A stretch of DNA of 53,315 nt, taken from the IMG/VR virus record IMGVR_UViG_3300023278_000762, positions 1-53,315 of that record; one strand, given 5' to 3'. Positions 1-8,500 of the stretch are shown piece by piece (position 1 is the stretch's first letter; each line of letters begins with the position of its first letter). The DNA is from a virus. Taxonomy: Duplodnaviria; Caudoviricetes. Below the pieces are notes generated by a model, which was not told the DNA's origin, did not search any database, and saw nothing but the letters and a program-made list of their open reading frames with translations. The translations under genes were made by a program, and so were the position numbers.

Positions 1-3000
1 ATTAAGTCTTGTTTCAGAATATGGCGACATTAGAATGATGACTGGTACAGGAGGTGCTGAAGTTGAAAAAATGCGTATCACATCCACAGGTAACGTCGGG
101 ATCGGGACGACTAGTCCTGCGACTAAGTTGCATATTCAAAATGGAAGTTCAGGGCAAGCATATACACTTCTTTCAGGCGCTTTAATAGATGTTAACGGAA
201 CTAGTAATTCTTATTCAGCGTTAAGAGTAGGTAGTAGTACTGGTAGCAACCACTTAGTAGTTACAAACGCAGGTAACGTAGGTATCGGGACGACTATTCC
301 TGGAGCTAAGTTAGAGGTAAATTCAGGTAACACTAACACTGTAGCTAAGTTTGAAAGTACCGACAGTACAGCCCGTATAGTGTTAAAAGATAACGCTGGT
401 GAAGTGCATTTAAATGCCATTGGTGATGATATGGTTTTTGCTACTAGTTCGTCTGTCTCGGAAAAAATGCGTATTACCTCCACGGGTAACGTCGGGATCG
501 GGACGACTAGTCCTAGTACTAAATTAGATATTGACGGGGTAACAACTAGCCTTGGTTTTAGAACAGACACAGCAAACACTGGTTATAGCTTAATATCAAG
601 AGACAGTGCAGGTAACGCACCTTTATACGTGCAATCAGCTAATGATAGCGCAAATCAATGGATAGCAAGGTTTAATTATGGGAGCGCTACAGCTAATGGT
701 GGTGATAACGTATTAACGGTTGCAAAAGATAATTCTTATTTCTTAAACACCAACGTCGGTATCGGAACGACTAGTCCTGATGCTTTGTTACACGTAAGAG
801 CTGCAACTAATGTTACAGGTACTATCGAGGTGCAAGGAGGAAAAGCTACGGTTACCTCTGTAGGTGAGGTAAACTCAGAATTAAATTTTGGGTCAAACGA
901 TTCATCCGCAACAGGAGGGATTGGCGGTAGCATAAAAAGCGTTACGGAAGCCACTAATGGAGCATACGTAGGTATGTCTTTTTACACTTGTAAACAAGGA
1001 AGATCTCCAGTTTTAGAAGAAGCAATGCGTATTTCAAACGCAGGCAACGTTGGTATCGGTACTACTAGTCCTAGTCAGAAGTTAGAAGTAAGCGGAAATA
1101 TTCAAGCAACAGGTACAAGGTTTATTAGTACTTCATTCGATGCTAATCACTACATGCGTATTGAATCAAACTCATCAGGAGGAATTTTAAAAGGAACAGA
1201 TGGTGGTGTAGTTACAACATTGGTGAGAACATATGGTGATTCATATTTTAATGGCGGCAACGTAGGTATCGGCACGACTAGTCCTTTAGAGCCCTTGTCT
1301 ATAAGTTCAGGTACTAATGAAAGTGTTTATGATGTTTTAGGACTTTATAATAATGTAACTGGAACAAGTGCTGTTGGTAAAGGAGCTGCTATAAGAATAG
1401 GATACCTTTCAGATGGTAGATATTCAACAAAAATAGCTACTATATACGAGGGTAGTAATCCATCCTTTTTACAACCTGCGTTAGCGTTTTTTACAATGAA
1501 CAACAGTTACCTTAAAGGTTCCGAAACAGAAAAAATGCGTATATCTTCAAACGGTAACGTCGGGATCGGAACGACTAGTCCACAATCACCATTACATATA
1601 TACAGGTCATTAAATGGAGGTATAGGCGGTGAGTTAAGATTAGATAATAATAATGGTGCTGTAGCAAATAAAACAAGAATATTATTTAGCGATGGAGGTG
1701 GCGCTAGTAACTCTTTTGATAGAGGAGCAATAGTTTGCGAAACAGAAGCTAGTCCTTATATGGGACAACTTCAATTTCAAACAGGTAACGGAACTATTTC
1801 TACTAAAATGACAATATCCGGTAACGGTAACGTAGGTATTGGAACGACTAGCCCTAGCGAGAAGTTAGAGATAAATGGAAAGATAAAAGTAACATCGTCT
1901 AACGATGCATCCCTTATTCTTCAAGAAACAGGTCAAGAAGAATATGAAATTAGAGCAGCTGGAAGCGGGTTATTTTTCAAAAATGACGGTTCAAATCAAT
2001 TCTATTTAGACCAAACGGGAGATATAGGAATGTATAAAGATGATGGAACTGTTGGTTTTAAATTTGAAAGCTCTAACGGCAACGTTGGTATCGGTACGAC
2101 TAGTCCTGGGGCTAAGTTAGAAGTATCGGAGGGGGACATAAGACTGTCAACGAACGCAACGTATTTAAGAGTAAGAGACACGGCTTCAGCTCAGCCTAGA
2201 GTTTTAGGCATGAACGCTTCTAACAACTTTTATATTGGACCTATCGACAGTTACGGTGGAGGGTCTATACTCTATGGAGTTTCATCGAACGTTGATTCTC
2301 AAGGTTTTTATACCAGCGGCAGCGAAAGGGTTAGAATTAACTCAAGTGGTAACGTCGGTATCGGGACTACTAGTCCTGGTTACACCCTAGATGTAAACGG
2401 TACCTTACACTCATCAAACATAACTTTAGCTGATGGTATATACCACGAAGGGGACACAAATACTTATATAAATTTCCTTACTGACACCATACAATTAGCT
2501 ACATCGGGTTCCGTCAGGGCTTATATAAATTCAGTAGGTAACGTCGGGATCGGGACGACTAGTCCTAATGCTACTTTAACTGTAAAGAAACTAGCAGCTT
2601 CTTTTGAAGTTACAACAACAAATGACGAAAGCAACTTGCTTTCATATGACAGAACTAATAGTCTGTATAAGTCAATTGTAATGAGAGGCTCTAATTTAAG
2701 TGTGAATCCAAACGACGCGGGAGAAAGGCTTAGTGTTACTACGTCTGGCTTAACGAGTACAAATATAGCTGGGTGGAAAGGTACTTTTACACATCAAAAC
2801 GCTGCAACAAATATACCTTGTATTGAAACATTTACATCAAATTCTTACCCTAATTGGGCTATTGGTTGGCAACATCAAAGAACATCTACTTCAACGTACG
2901 GTAATATAGCTAAATTTCTTAGTAACACAGGTTCTCAAATAGGTATTATAGGTTACAACGGTGCTAGTGGAGTTACATATGGAACAACTTCTGACTATAG

Positions 3001-3286
3001 ATTAAAAGAAAATATAGTTGCTATCGATAATGCAATAGAAAGAGTTAACAATTTAAAACCATGTAGGTTTAATTTTATTGAAGAAAAAGAATACACGCAA
3101 GATGGGTTTATTGCTCACGAACTGGCGGAGGTTGTACCAGAAGCCGTTACTGGAGAAAAAGATGGCGAGCAAATGCAATCAGTAGATAAATCTAAAGTAA
3201 TACCGTTACTTACTAAAGCCTTGCAAGACGCGATAAATAAAATACAAGAATTAGAAATAAGAATACAAACATTAGAAAACAATTAA
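1..3286 (+). CDS. Long tail fibre protein (5' end probably outside the window) with 11 GNVGIGTTSP repeats and a C-terminal peptidase S74 intramolecular chaperone
   Basis: Frame open from base 2 through the ORF-track ATG at 35; 11 (G)NVGIGTTxP repeats; C-terminal SDYRLKENI...GFIAHELAEVVPEAV plus coiled coil typical of S74 autocleaving chaperones. Confidence 0.9.
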   Translation, partial: LSLVSEYGDIRMMTGTGGAEVEKMRITSTGNVGIGTTSPATKLHIQNGSSGQAYTLLSGALIDVNGTSNSYSALRVGSSTGSNHLVVTNAGNVGIGTTIPGAKLEVNSGNTNTVAKFESTDSTARIVLKDNAGEVHLNAIGDDMVFATSSSVSEKMRITSTGNVGIGTTSPSTKLDIDGVTTSLGFRTDTANTGYSLISRDSAGNAPLYVQSANDSANQWIARFNYGSATANGGDNVLTVAKDNSYFLNTNVGIGTTSPDALLHVRAATNVTGTIEVQGGKATVTSVGEVNSELNFGSNDSSATGGIGGSIKSVTEATNGAYVGMSFYTCKQGRSPVLEEAMRISNAGNVGIGTTSPSQKLEVSGNIQATGTRFISTSFDANHYMRIESNSSGGILKGTDGGVVTTLVRTYGDSYFNGGNVGIGTTSPLEPLSISSGTNESVYDVLGLYNNVTGTSAVGKGAAIRIGYLSDGRYSTKIATIYEGSNPSFLQPALAFFTMNNSYLKGSETEKMRISSNGNVGIGTTSPQSPLHIYRSLNGGIGGELRLDNNNGAVANKTRILFSDGGGASNSFDRGAIVCETEASPYMGQLQFQTGNGTISTKMTISGNGNVGIGTTSPSEKLEINGKIKVTSSNDASLILQETGQEEYEIRAAGSGLFFKNDGSNQFYLDQTGDIGMYKDDGTVGFKFESSNGNVGIGTTSPGAKLEVSEGDIRLSTNATYLRVRDTASAQPRVLGMNASNNFYIGPIDSYGGGSILYGVSSNVDSQGFYTSGSERVRINSSGNVGIGTTSPGYTLDVNGTLHSSNITLADGIYHEGDTNTYINFLTDTIQLATSGSVRAYINSVGNVGIGTTSPNATLTVKKLAASFEVTTTNDESNLLSYDRTNSLYKSIVMRGSNLSVNPNDAGERLSVTTSGLTSTNIAGWKGTFTHQNAATNIPCIETFTSNSYPNWAIGWQHQRTSTSTYGNIAKFLSNTGSQIGIIGYNGASGVTYGTTSDYRLKENIVAIDNAIERVNNLKPCRFNFIEEKEYTQDGFIAHELAEVVPEAVTGEKDGEQMQSVDKSKVIPLLTKALQDAINKIQELEIRIQTLENN
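89..2566 (+). repeat. Eleven dispersed ~30-bp repeats encoding the GNVGIGTTSP motif
   Basis: ggtaacgtcgggatcgggacgactagtcct is identical at 89-118, 485-514 and 2537-2566; eight variants lie between them. Confidence 0.9.
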
Positions 3287-3297
3287 ACAATTAAACA

Positions 3298-3654
3298 ATG
3301 GCAATTACTTACAAATGGGACATTCCCACAATGAACGCTCACATTCAAGCGGATGGGCAAGACAACGTAATCTACACGGTACACTATAGGTATACTGGTA
3401 CAGAAGAATCAGGAGGAACTACTTACGCTGATACAGTAATAGGCACTCAAAGTTATACGTATACAGAGGGAGATCCTTTTACGCCGTACGCAGACACTGA
3501 AGAGTTTGAAGCTATTGTTATTGGATGGTTAGAAGGATCTTTAGACGTAGATCAAATGCAAGCAAGTATTGCTGCGAGCATACAGTCTCAAATTACACCA
3601 GTAAATGAAGACTTGTTTTTTACATGGCAAAACCAAACACCATCAGCTGAGTAG
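3298..3654 (+). CDS. Small acidic tail-fibre-associated protein
   Basis: 118 aa, directly after the fibre gene; function inferred from position only. Confidence 0.55.
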   Translation: MAITYKWDIPTMNAHIQADGQDNVIYTVHYRYTGTEESGGTTYADTVIGTQSYTYTEGDPFTPYADTEEFEAIVIGWLEGSLDVDQMQASIAASIQSQITPVNEDLFFTWQNQTPSAE

Positions 3655-3677
3655 GTAATTAATTAAATATTTTGTGC

Positions 3678-3686
3678 GTAATTATA
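3678..3686 (+). promoter_or_regulatory. Putative late promoter core GTAAT(T/A)ATA
   Basis: Same 9-mer in intergenic gaps before groEL (3678), scaffold (13144), ejection genes (24908) and on - before ERF (46717-46725); AT-rich and also found inside CDS. Confidence 0.4.
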
Positions 3687-3724
3687 TATCTATACAAATT
3701 AAATAAAATTAAATTATTAGCAAA

Positions 3725-5293
3725 ATGGAATTTAACTTACCAAGTCAAATAGTAAAAAATCTAGACTTCGGAGACGAAGCTAGAAACAAGATATTGTCAG
3801 GTGTCTATAAATTATCCGACGCAGTGAAGTCCACATTAGGAGCTTCTGGAAAATGCGTTATATATGAAGACGCAATGGGCAGACCGGTGATAACAAAAGA
3901 CGGAGTAACCGTTGCAGAAAGCGTAGTCTTAATAGACCCGGTTGAGAATATAGGTGCTACTTTAATAAAAGAATCAGCTAATAACACAGTGCGTGAAGCA
4001 GGAGACGGTACTACTACAGCTACCGTCCTTGCCACCGCTATACTTTCTGGTTTAAGTAATCATAAAGGCAAAGAAAAAATTAGAGATGTTAAAGAAGGTG
4101 TTAACAACGCAGCCAAAGAAGTTGCTGAATACTTAGAGAAATCAAGTACACCTGTAGAAGGAGAAATGTTAAAGCAAGTTGCATACATTAGTTGCAACAA
4201 CGATTCGATTCTTGGAGACAAAATTGGTGAAGCTTTTCAAAAAGTTGGTAAAAACGGAGTGGTCTTAATGGAGGATTCCGAAACAAGTGAAACTTATGTA
4301 GACTTTGTTGAGGGAACGCAATTTCCATCAGGTATAAAATCACAGCATTTACTAACAGACAAAGACAAAGGCACAGCGGTTTTAGATAACCCATACGTTT
4401 TAATTGTTGGATCCTCAATACCTAACATCAGAAGAATACAAAGTATATTGGAGCATGTAGTAAAGACGAAAAGATCATTACTAATCATTGCAGACATGGA
4501 CCAACAGCCGTACGCTACATTATTAGCTAATAAGGTTAAAGGTAACATTAAAGTAAATATTGTTGATTTACCCGGGTTTGGACCAACAAAGAGCGATACA
4601 ATAGAAGACTTAGCTATATTAACTGGCGCTACGGTCATTAACGAGGAGTTAGGGGACGATTTAGATCTAATAGACCCTAATGTACTAGGGGCAGTTATAA
4701 AGTCCGTTACAGACAGTAAAAACACAACCTTGCAAATTGGAGAAGTTAATAAAGATTTAACTAAAAGAATTGCTGAAGTAGAAAAAAAGATTGACAAAGA
4801 ATCAAACGCTTACATAAAGAAAAGAATCGAGCAAAGATTATCAATGCTAACTGGTAAAGTTGGTGTTGTTTATGTAGGAGCTAATTCAGCTGTCGAATTA
4901 AAAGAAAAAAAAGATAGAGTAGAAGACGCTATCCACGCTACAAAAGCAGCTTTGCAAGAAGGTATTGTAGCAGGAGGTGGTATTGCTTTGTTAAATGCTT
5001 CTCAAAGCATTAAAGCTAAGAATGAAGGTTATAACATTTTACTAGAGGCTATTAAAGCACCTTATAAAACTATCTTAGAAAACGCGGGTTATTCGAATAA
5101 ACAAGAACCTCAAGGTGGAATCGGATTCGGGTACGATGTTACCTGTGGATGCGAAAGACAAATGGTTAGCAGCGGTATTATAGATCCAGTACTAGTAACA
5201 AAGTCAGCGCTTAAAAACGCGGTGAGTGTTGCTACTACTATAATTTCAGCTGATTGTATAATTTCAAATGTAAGATCTCTTGAGGGCAATTAA
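3725..5293 (+). CDS. groEL: Phage chaperonin GroEL (Cpn60)
   Basis: ITKDGVTVA, AGDGTTTATVLA, ELKEKKDRVEDA, GIVAGGG and IIDPVLV motifs; no GGM tail. Confidence 0.97.
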   Translation: MEFNLPSQIVKNLDFGDEARNKILSGVYKLSDAVKSTLGASGKCVIYEDAMGRPVITKDGVTVAESVVLIDPVENIGATLIKESANNTVREAGDGTTTATVLATAILSGLSNHKGKEKIRDVKEGVNNAAKEVAEYLEKSSTPVEGEMLKQVAYISCNNDSILGDKIGEAFQKVGKNGVVLMEDSETSETYVDFVEGTQFPSGIKSQHLLTDKDKGTAVLDNPYVLIVGSSIPNIRRIQSILEHVVKTKRSLLIIADMDQQPYATLLANKVKGNIKVNIVDLPGFGPTKSDTIEDLAILTGATVINEELGDDLDLIDPNVLGAVIKSVTDSKNTTLQIGEVNKDLTKRIAEVEKKIDKESNAYIKKRIEQRLSMLTGKVGVVYVGANSAVELKEKKDRVEDAIHATKAALQEGIVAGGGIALLNASQSIKAKNEGYNILLEAIKAPYKTILENAGYSNKQEPQGGIGFGYDVTCGCERQMVSSGIIDPVLVTKSALKNAVSVATTIISADCIISNVRSLEGN

Positions 5294-5540
5294 CTATTAT
5301 ATAGTAATCGACAAAATTAAGGAAGCACCTAAGAAGGTTGCTGGCTTAGAATTAACAGAAACACAAAACACGGATATTAGGTATTTAAAAGCTAATGTTA
5401 TAAGTGTAGGAGATAAAGTTAAAGAACTTGTAAAAGAAGGGGATATTGTTAGATACGACAAGCATGCTGGTCACGGAATTGAATGGGATGATCATATGTA
5501 CTATGTTATAACAATCAACGATATAGTACTAGTAGAGTGA
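5280..5540 (+). CDS. groES: Co-chaperonin GroES (Cpn10)
   Basis: 86 aa overlapping the groEL end; VISVG...VKEGDIVRYDKHAG...INDIVLV pattern. Confidence 0.9.
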   Translation: MRAINYYIVIDKIKEAPKKVAGLELTETQNTDIRYLKANVISVGDKVKELVKEGDIVRYDKHAGHGIEWDDHMYYVITINDIVLVE

Positions 5541-5977
5541 GGATAGATGCACAGGATCTGCGCGATATAAAATTATTTAAGTATTACAGGCTTACTAGAA
5601 GGTGGGCTTGTAAGACTTATAATTTAAGGGACGCTGATTTAGAGTTGTTAATTTATTTGGATTGTAAAAATCATTTTACACGTAATGATTTCCTTAACGG
5701 TGTATATACATATACCTGGGATAAAGCTAGATGGGAAAGATTAAGAAAAGGTGGGTGGATCGATATATTTAGCAAAAGAAACGGAACTACAAGAAAATAT
5801 AATACATATAAAACATCTTTTAAGTGTAAGCAGTTAATAACTAGAATTTATAGAATTCTTTTAGCTGAAGAGGATTTACCTACATCGGAAAGAAGTGTAT
5901 TTTATAAAAACAAAACATACACAGATAAGGTCTTTAATAAAGCTATTGATGACATGATAAAAGACAAAACCAGATAA
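5537..5977 (+). CDS. Hypothetical protein, possible winged-helix DNA-binding protein
   Basis: GTG start coupled to the groES stop; LRDADLELLIYL...RLRKGGWI resembles a MarR-type wHTH. Confidence 0.5.
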   Translation: MRIDAQDLRDIKLFKYYRLTRRWACKTYNLRDADLELLIYLDCKNHFTRNDFLNGVYTYTWDKARWERLRKGGWIDIFSKRNGTTRKYNTYKTSFKCKQLITRIYRILLAEEDLPTSERSVFYKNKTYTDKVFNKAIDDMIKDKTR

Positions 5978-5987
5978 AACAAAAATT

Positions 5988-6383
5988 ATGGCATTCAAAA
6001 TGGCACCTAAGTCTTCTACGCTAATAGCTACGGGAAAATTTACATCACAACTTAAGCAAGTTGCTACCACTAGAAAGATCACTCCAGAAATGGCAAAGGT
6101 AGCTAACAAAGAAAGAAATAAAGGAAAAACAAAAGAAGTAAAATCAGTGGCTAAGCAAGCTAAGGTTAATAGAGAAGATGGCGTGCAGGTAAAAGAAGTA
6201 CCAGCCGTTGTAGGGGAAGAGGTTAAAAAAGCAGGTAAGTTTGTTGGGAAAGAAGCAAAAAAAGTAGGTAAGTTTTTTAAAAAATTGGCTAAAAAAGTTG
6301 GTAACACTACTTTAACAAAAACCAAAAAACAAAAAATTAAAAAGAAAGAAGAACAGCTTAAAAAATTAAAATCTAAAAAATAG
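5988..6383 (+). CDS. Lysine-rich hypothetical protein (MAFKM start)
   Basis: Very basic, 131 aa, in the operon. Confidence 0.7.
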   Translation: MAFKMAPKSSTLIATGKFTSQLKQVATTRKITPEMAKVANKERNKGKTKEVKSVAKQAKVNREDGVQVKEVPAVVGEEVKKAGKFVGKEAKKVGKFFKKLAKKVGNTTLTKTKKQKIKKKEEQLKKLKSKK

Positions 6384-6734
6384 ATGGCATTTAAGTTGAA
6401 AAGTAATGCAGAAGTATTCGGTATCCATGAACGGTTATCAGAGTTTGGAAAACCTGTTATTATCAAAGATGACCTAGAAAAAGGTGTTGAAGCCGAAGCT
6501 AACAGAGATGGTACTATATTTGTAGGTTCAGATGTTCCTGATAAAAAGCTTGATGAAGCTGTGCGACATGAAAAAGTTCATTTAGATCAGATAGCTACAG
6601 GTAGATTACAATATAGTGAAGATTCTGTAACTTGGAAAAAAGATACAAAATCACCAGCCAGAAAATACAGTAGAGCTTCAATGAACGAGGGGGATCATGA
6701 CTTTGAATGGGAAGCTGAAGCATATAAAAAATAA
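6384..6734 (+). CDS. Small HExxH zincin-like metallopeptidase domain protein
   Basis: AVRHEKVH motif with downstream WEAEAY; MAFKL start. Confidence 0.6.
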   Translation: MAFKLKSNAEVFGIHERLSEFGKPVIIKDDLEKGVEAEANRDGTIFVGSDVPDKKLDEAVRHEKVHLDQIATGRLQYSEDSVTWKKDTKSPARKYSRASMNEGDHDFEWEAEAYKK

Positions 6735-6739
6735 AAGTT

Positions 6740-7105
6740 ATGGGATTTAATTTTAGAGGAGGTAAAAAAGCTAATTTTAGCACAAAAAATCAACACGGTT
6801 TTCAAGAGAAATCTGCGCCAGGACCAAGAAGAGGTGTCGGGGGAGATCAATCTTACAATGCTGCTGCAGAAAAAAGGTTTTCAAAGCCATTATCAATTAA
6901 AGTTTCCACAAATCCTGTAACTCAGAGAGCTAAGCCTTCTCCTTTAAAAATAAACAACGCTTTAGTACAAGGAGCTGCTCTTACTGGAAAAAAGTTTAAT
7001 GACATAAGCGATGCAATTGGGGATGCTTTTAAGCCGCTTGTAGAGCCAAAAGTTGTAGACTTACGAGCAACTAAAGAAACAGAAACCAAAGATGGCTCTA
7101 AGTAA
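6740..7105 (+). CDS. Basic hypothetical protein
   Basis: 121 aa, contains SPLK, tight operon spacing. Confidence 0.65.
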   Translation: MGFNFRGGKKANFSTKNQHGFQEKSAPGPRRGVGGDQSYNAAAEKRFSKPLSIKVSTNPVTQRAKPSPLKINNALVQGAALTGKKFNDISDAIGDAFKPLVEPKVVDLRATKETETKDGSK

Positions 7106-7106
7106 A

Positions 7107-7166
7107 ATGAAAAGTAATGGTTTCTTTAAAGGAAAAAACCCTTTGAAAAAAGTATATTTTAAATAA
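7107..7166 (+). CDS. Possible 19-aa basic peptide MKSNGFFKGKNPLKKVYFK
   Basis: ATG 1 nt after the previous stop; translated by hand. Confidence 0.35.
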   Translation: MKSNGFFKGKNPLKKVYFK

Positions 7167-7207
7167 ATAGTAAATAGTAATAATTAATTATCAAATCAAG
7201 TAAAATT

Positions 7208-7480
7208 ATGAGTACAGTAAAAACGTTAGATGTAGAAGCTAAAGAGGTAAAAGCAATTAGTAAAGAAGAATTAAAAGTAATTCAAGAAGCTGTTCAAAAA
7301 CAGAATCAAATACAGATGCAAATCGGAGGGATTGAAGGGCAAAAAGCTTTACTGCTTGATGCTTTAAAAGAAGCTTCTAGTGAATTAAGTAAATGCCAGA
7401 AAGATTTAGAAGAAAAGTATGGCAACATTACTATTAACTTAGCAACCGGAGAAATTACAGATGTCCCAGAAGCTAATTAG
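7208..7480 (+). CDS. Coiled-coil hypothetical protein
   Basis: Heptad pattern ending LEEKYGNITINLATGEI. Confidence 0.7.
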   Translation: MSTVKTLDVEAKEVKAISKEELKVIQEAVQKQNQIQMQIGGIEGQKALLLDALKEASSELSKCQKDLEEKYGNITINLATGEITDVPEAN

Positions 7481-7685
7481 AAAGATAAGTATTGGTAAAG
7501 ACTATAAGAATGACGCTATGCACTACGCTGTTGGACAGGAAGTGTATGGCGGTCATACTATAGCTCATATCATTGAGGAAGAAGATAAGTTTTCCGTGTA
7601 CATTACAAAAGGCGATATGGTTATGCCTTGGAAAGACTTTAACAAAAACATGTCCATCTCCGTAGAATACAACTTATCCTGGTAA
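7461..7685 (+). CDS. Hypothetical protein
   Basis: 74 aa, overlaps the upstream gene. Confidence 0.7.
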   Translation: MSQKLIRKISIGKDYKNDAMHYAVGQEVYGGHTIAHIIEEEDKFSVYITKGDMVMPWKDFNKNMSISVEYNLSW

Positions 7686-7686
7686 T

Positions 7687-8280
7687 ATGCAAAGTGTTTT
7701 TAATTATCTCGTAGAGCCTAAAGGCGATAGAGTAACAGGAAAAACAGAGATTGAAGGAAATGAATTATTGCTAAACACAGATTTACAAAATCACGAATAC
7801 GTAAATAGAGTAGGAGTTATTGTAGGTTTGCCAAGAGCTAATAAATACAAAGAACTAAAAGAAGGAGACGAGGTTATTATTCACCATAATGTATTTAGAA
7901 GATTTAGAGATATTAGAGGTAAAGAAAAAAACAGTAAAAACTTCTTAAGTGAAAATACATATATAGTCCAACCAGATCAGATATATGCTTACAAAAGGAA
8001 TGGGGAATGGAAAGCTTTAGAAGGCTTTTGTTTCGTTATGCCTATAAAAGAAACAAAAATGTTTTCAATAGATTTTGAAAAACCATTAAAAGGTTTGGTT
8101 AAATATGGAAACGAAAATATAGCAATCGATTCTTTAATTGGATTTAAACCAAATTCAGAGTATGAGTTTGTTATAGAAGGACAGAGGTTATACCGAGTAT
8201 CCGAAAATTCAATTACAATCAACTATGGACATAAAGAAAACGAAGAAGAGTATAATCCAGGCTGGGCACAAAGCAGTTGA
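7687..8280 (+). CDS. Tandem GroES-like fold protein
   Basis: Two halves with GroES-like patterns: YLVEP...GVIVGLP...LKEGDEVII and CFVMP...GLVKY...IEGQRLYRV. Confidence 0.6.
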   Translation: MQSVFNYLVEPKGDRVTGKTEIEGNELLLNTDLQNHEYVNRVGVIVGLPRANKYKELKEGDEVIIHHNVFRRFRDIRGKEKNSKNFLSENTYIVQPDQIYAYKRNGEWKALEGFCFVMPIKETKMFSIDFEKPLKGLVKYGNENIAIDSLIGFKPNSEYEFVIEGQRLYRVSENSITINYGHKENEEEYNPGWAQSS

Positions 8281-8500
8281 GGAATTAATTCAAGTAGCTA
8301 AAGAAAAGATAGTAGACTCAGGAGATGATATAACAGCAGATAGACTTAAAAATGCTGCCGCTACTAAAAAGTTAGCAATATTTGATGCTTTTGAAATTTT
8401 AAGCCGTATTGATGAAGAGCAAAGGTTACTGGATGACAAGCCGAGAGTAGAGGCGGTAGCTGATGAATTTAAGGGCTTCGCTGAAAAAAGATCTAAATAA
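8225..8500 (+). CDS. Putative terminase small subunit
   Basis: Small helical protein coupled (TAATG) to terL; positional inference. Confidence 0.5.
   Translation: MDIKKTKKSIIQAGHKAVEELIQVAKEKIVDSGDDITADRLKNAAATKKLAIFDAFEILSRIDEEQRLLDDKPRVEAVADEFKGFAEKRSK

Noticed and set aside
89-2566. CRISPR array or DGR repeats
   Set aside because: Repeats are in-frame coding with long variable spacing; no cas or reverse transcriptase gene and no adenine-specific variation
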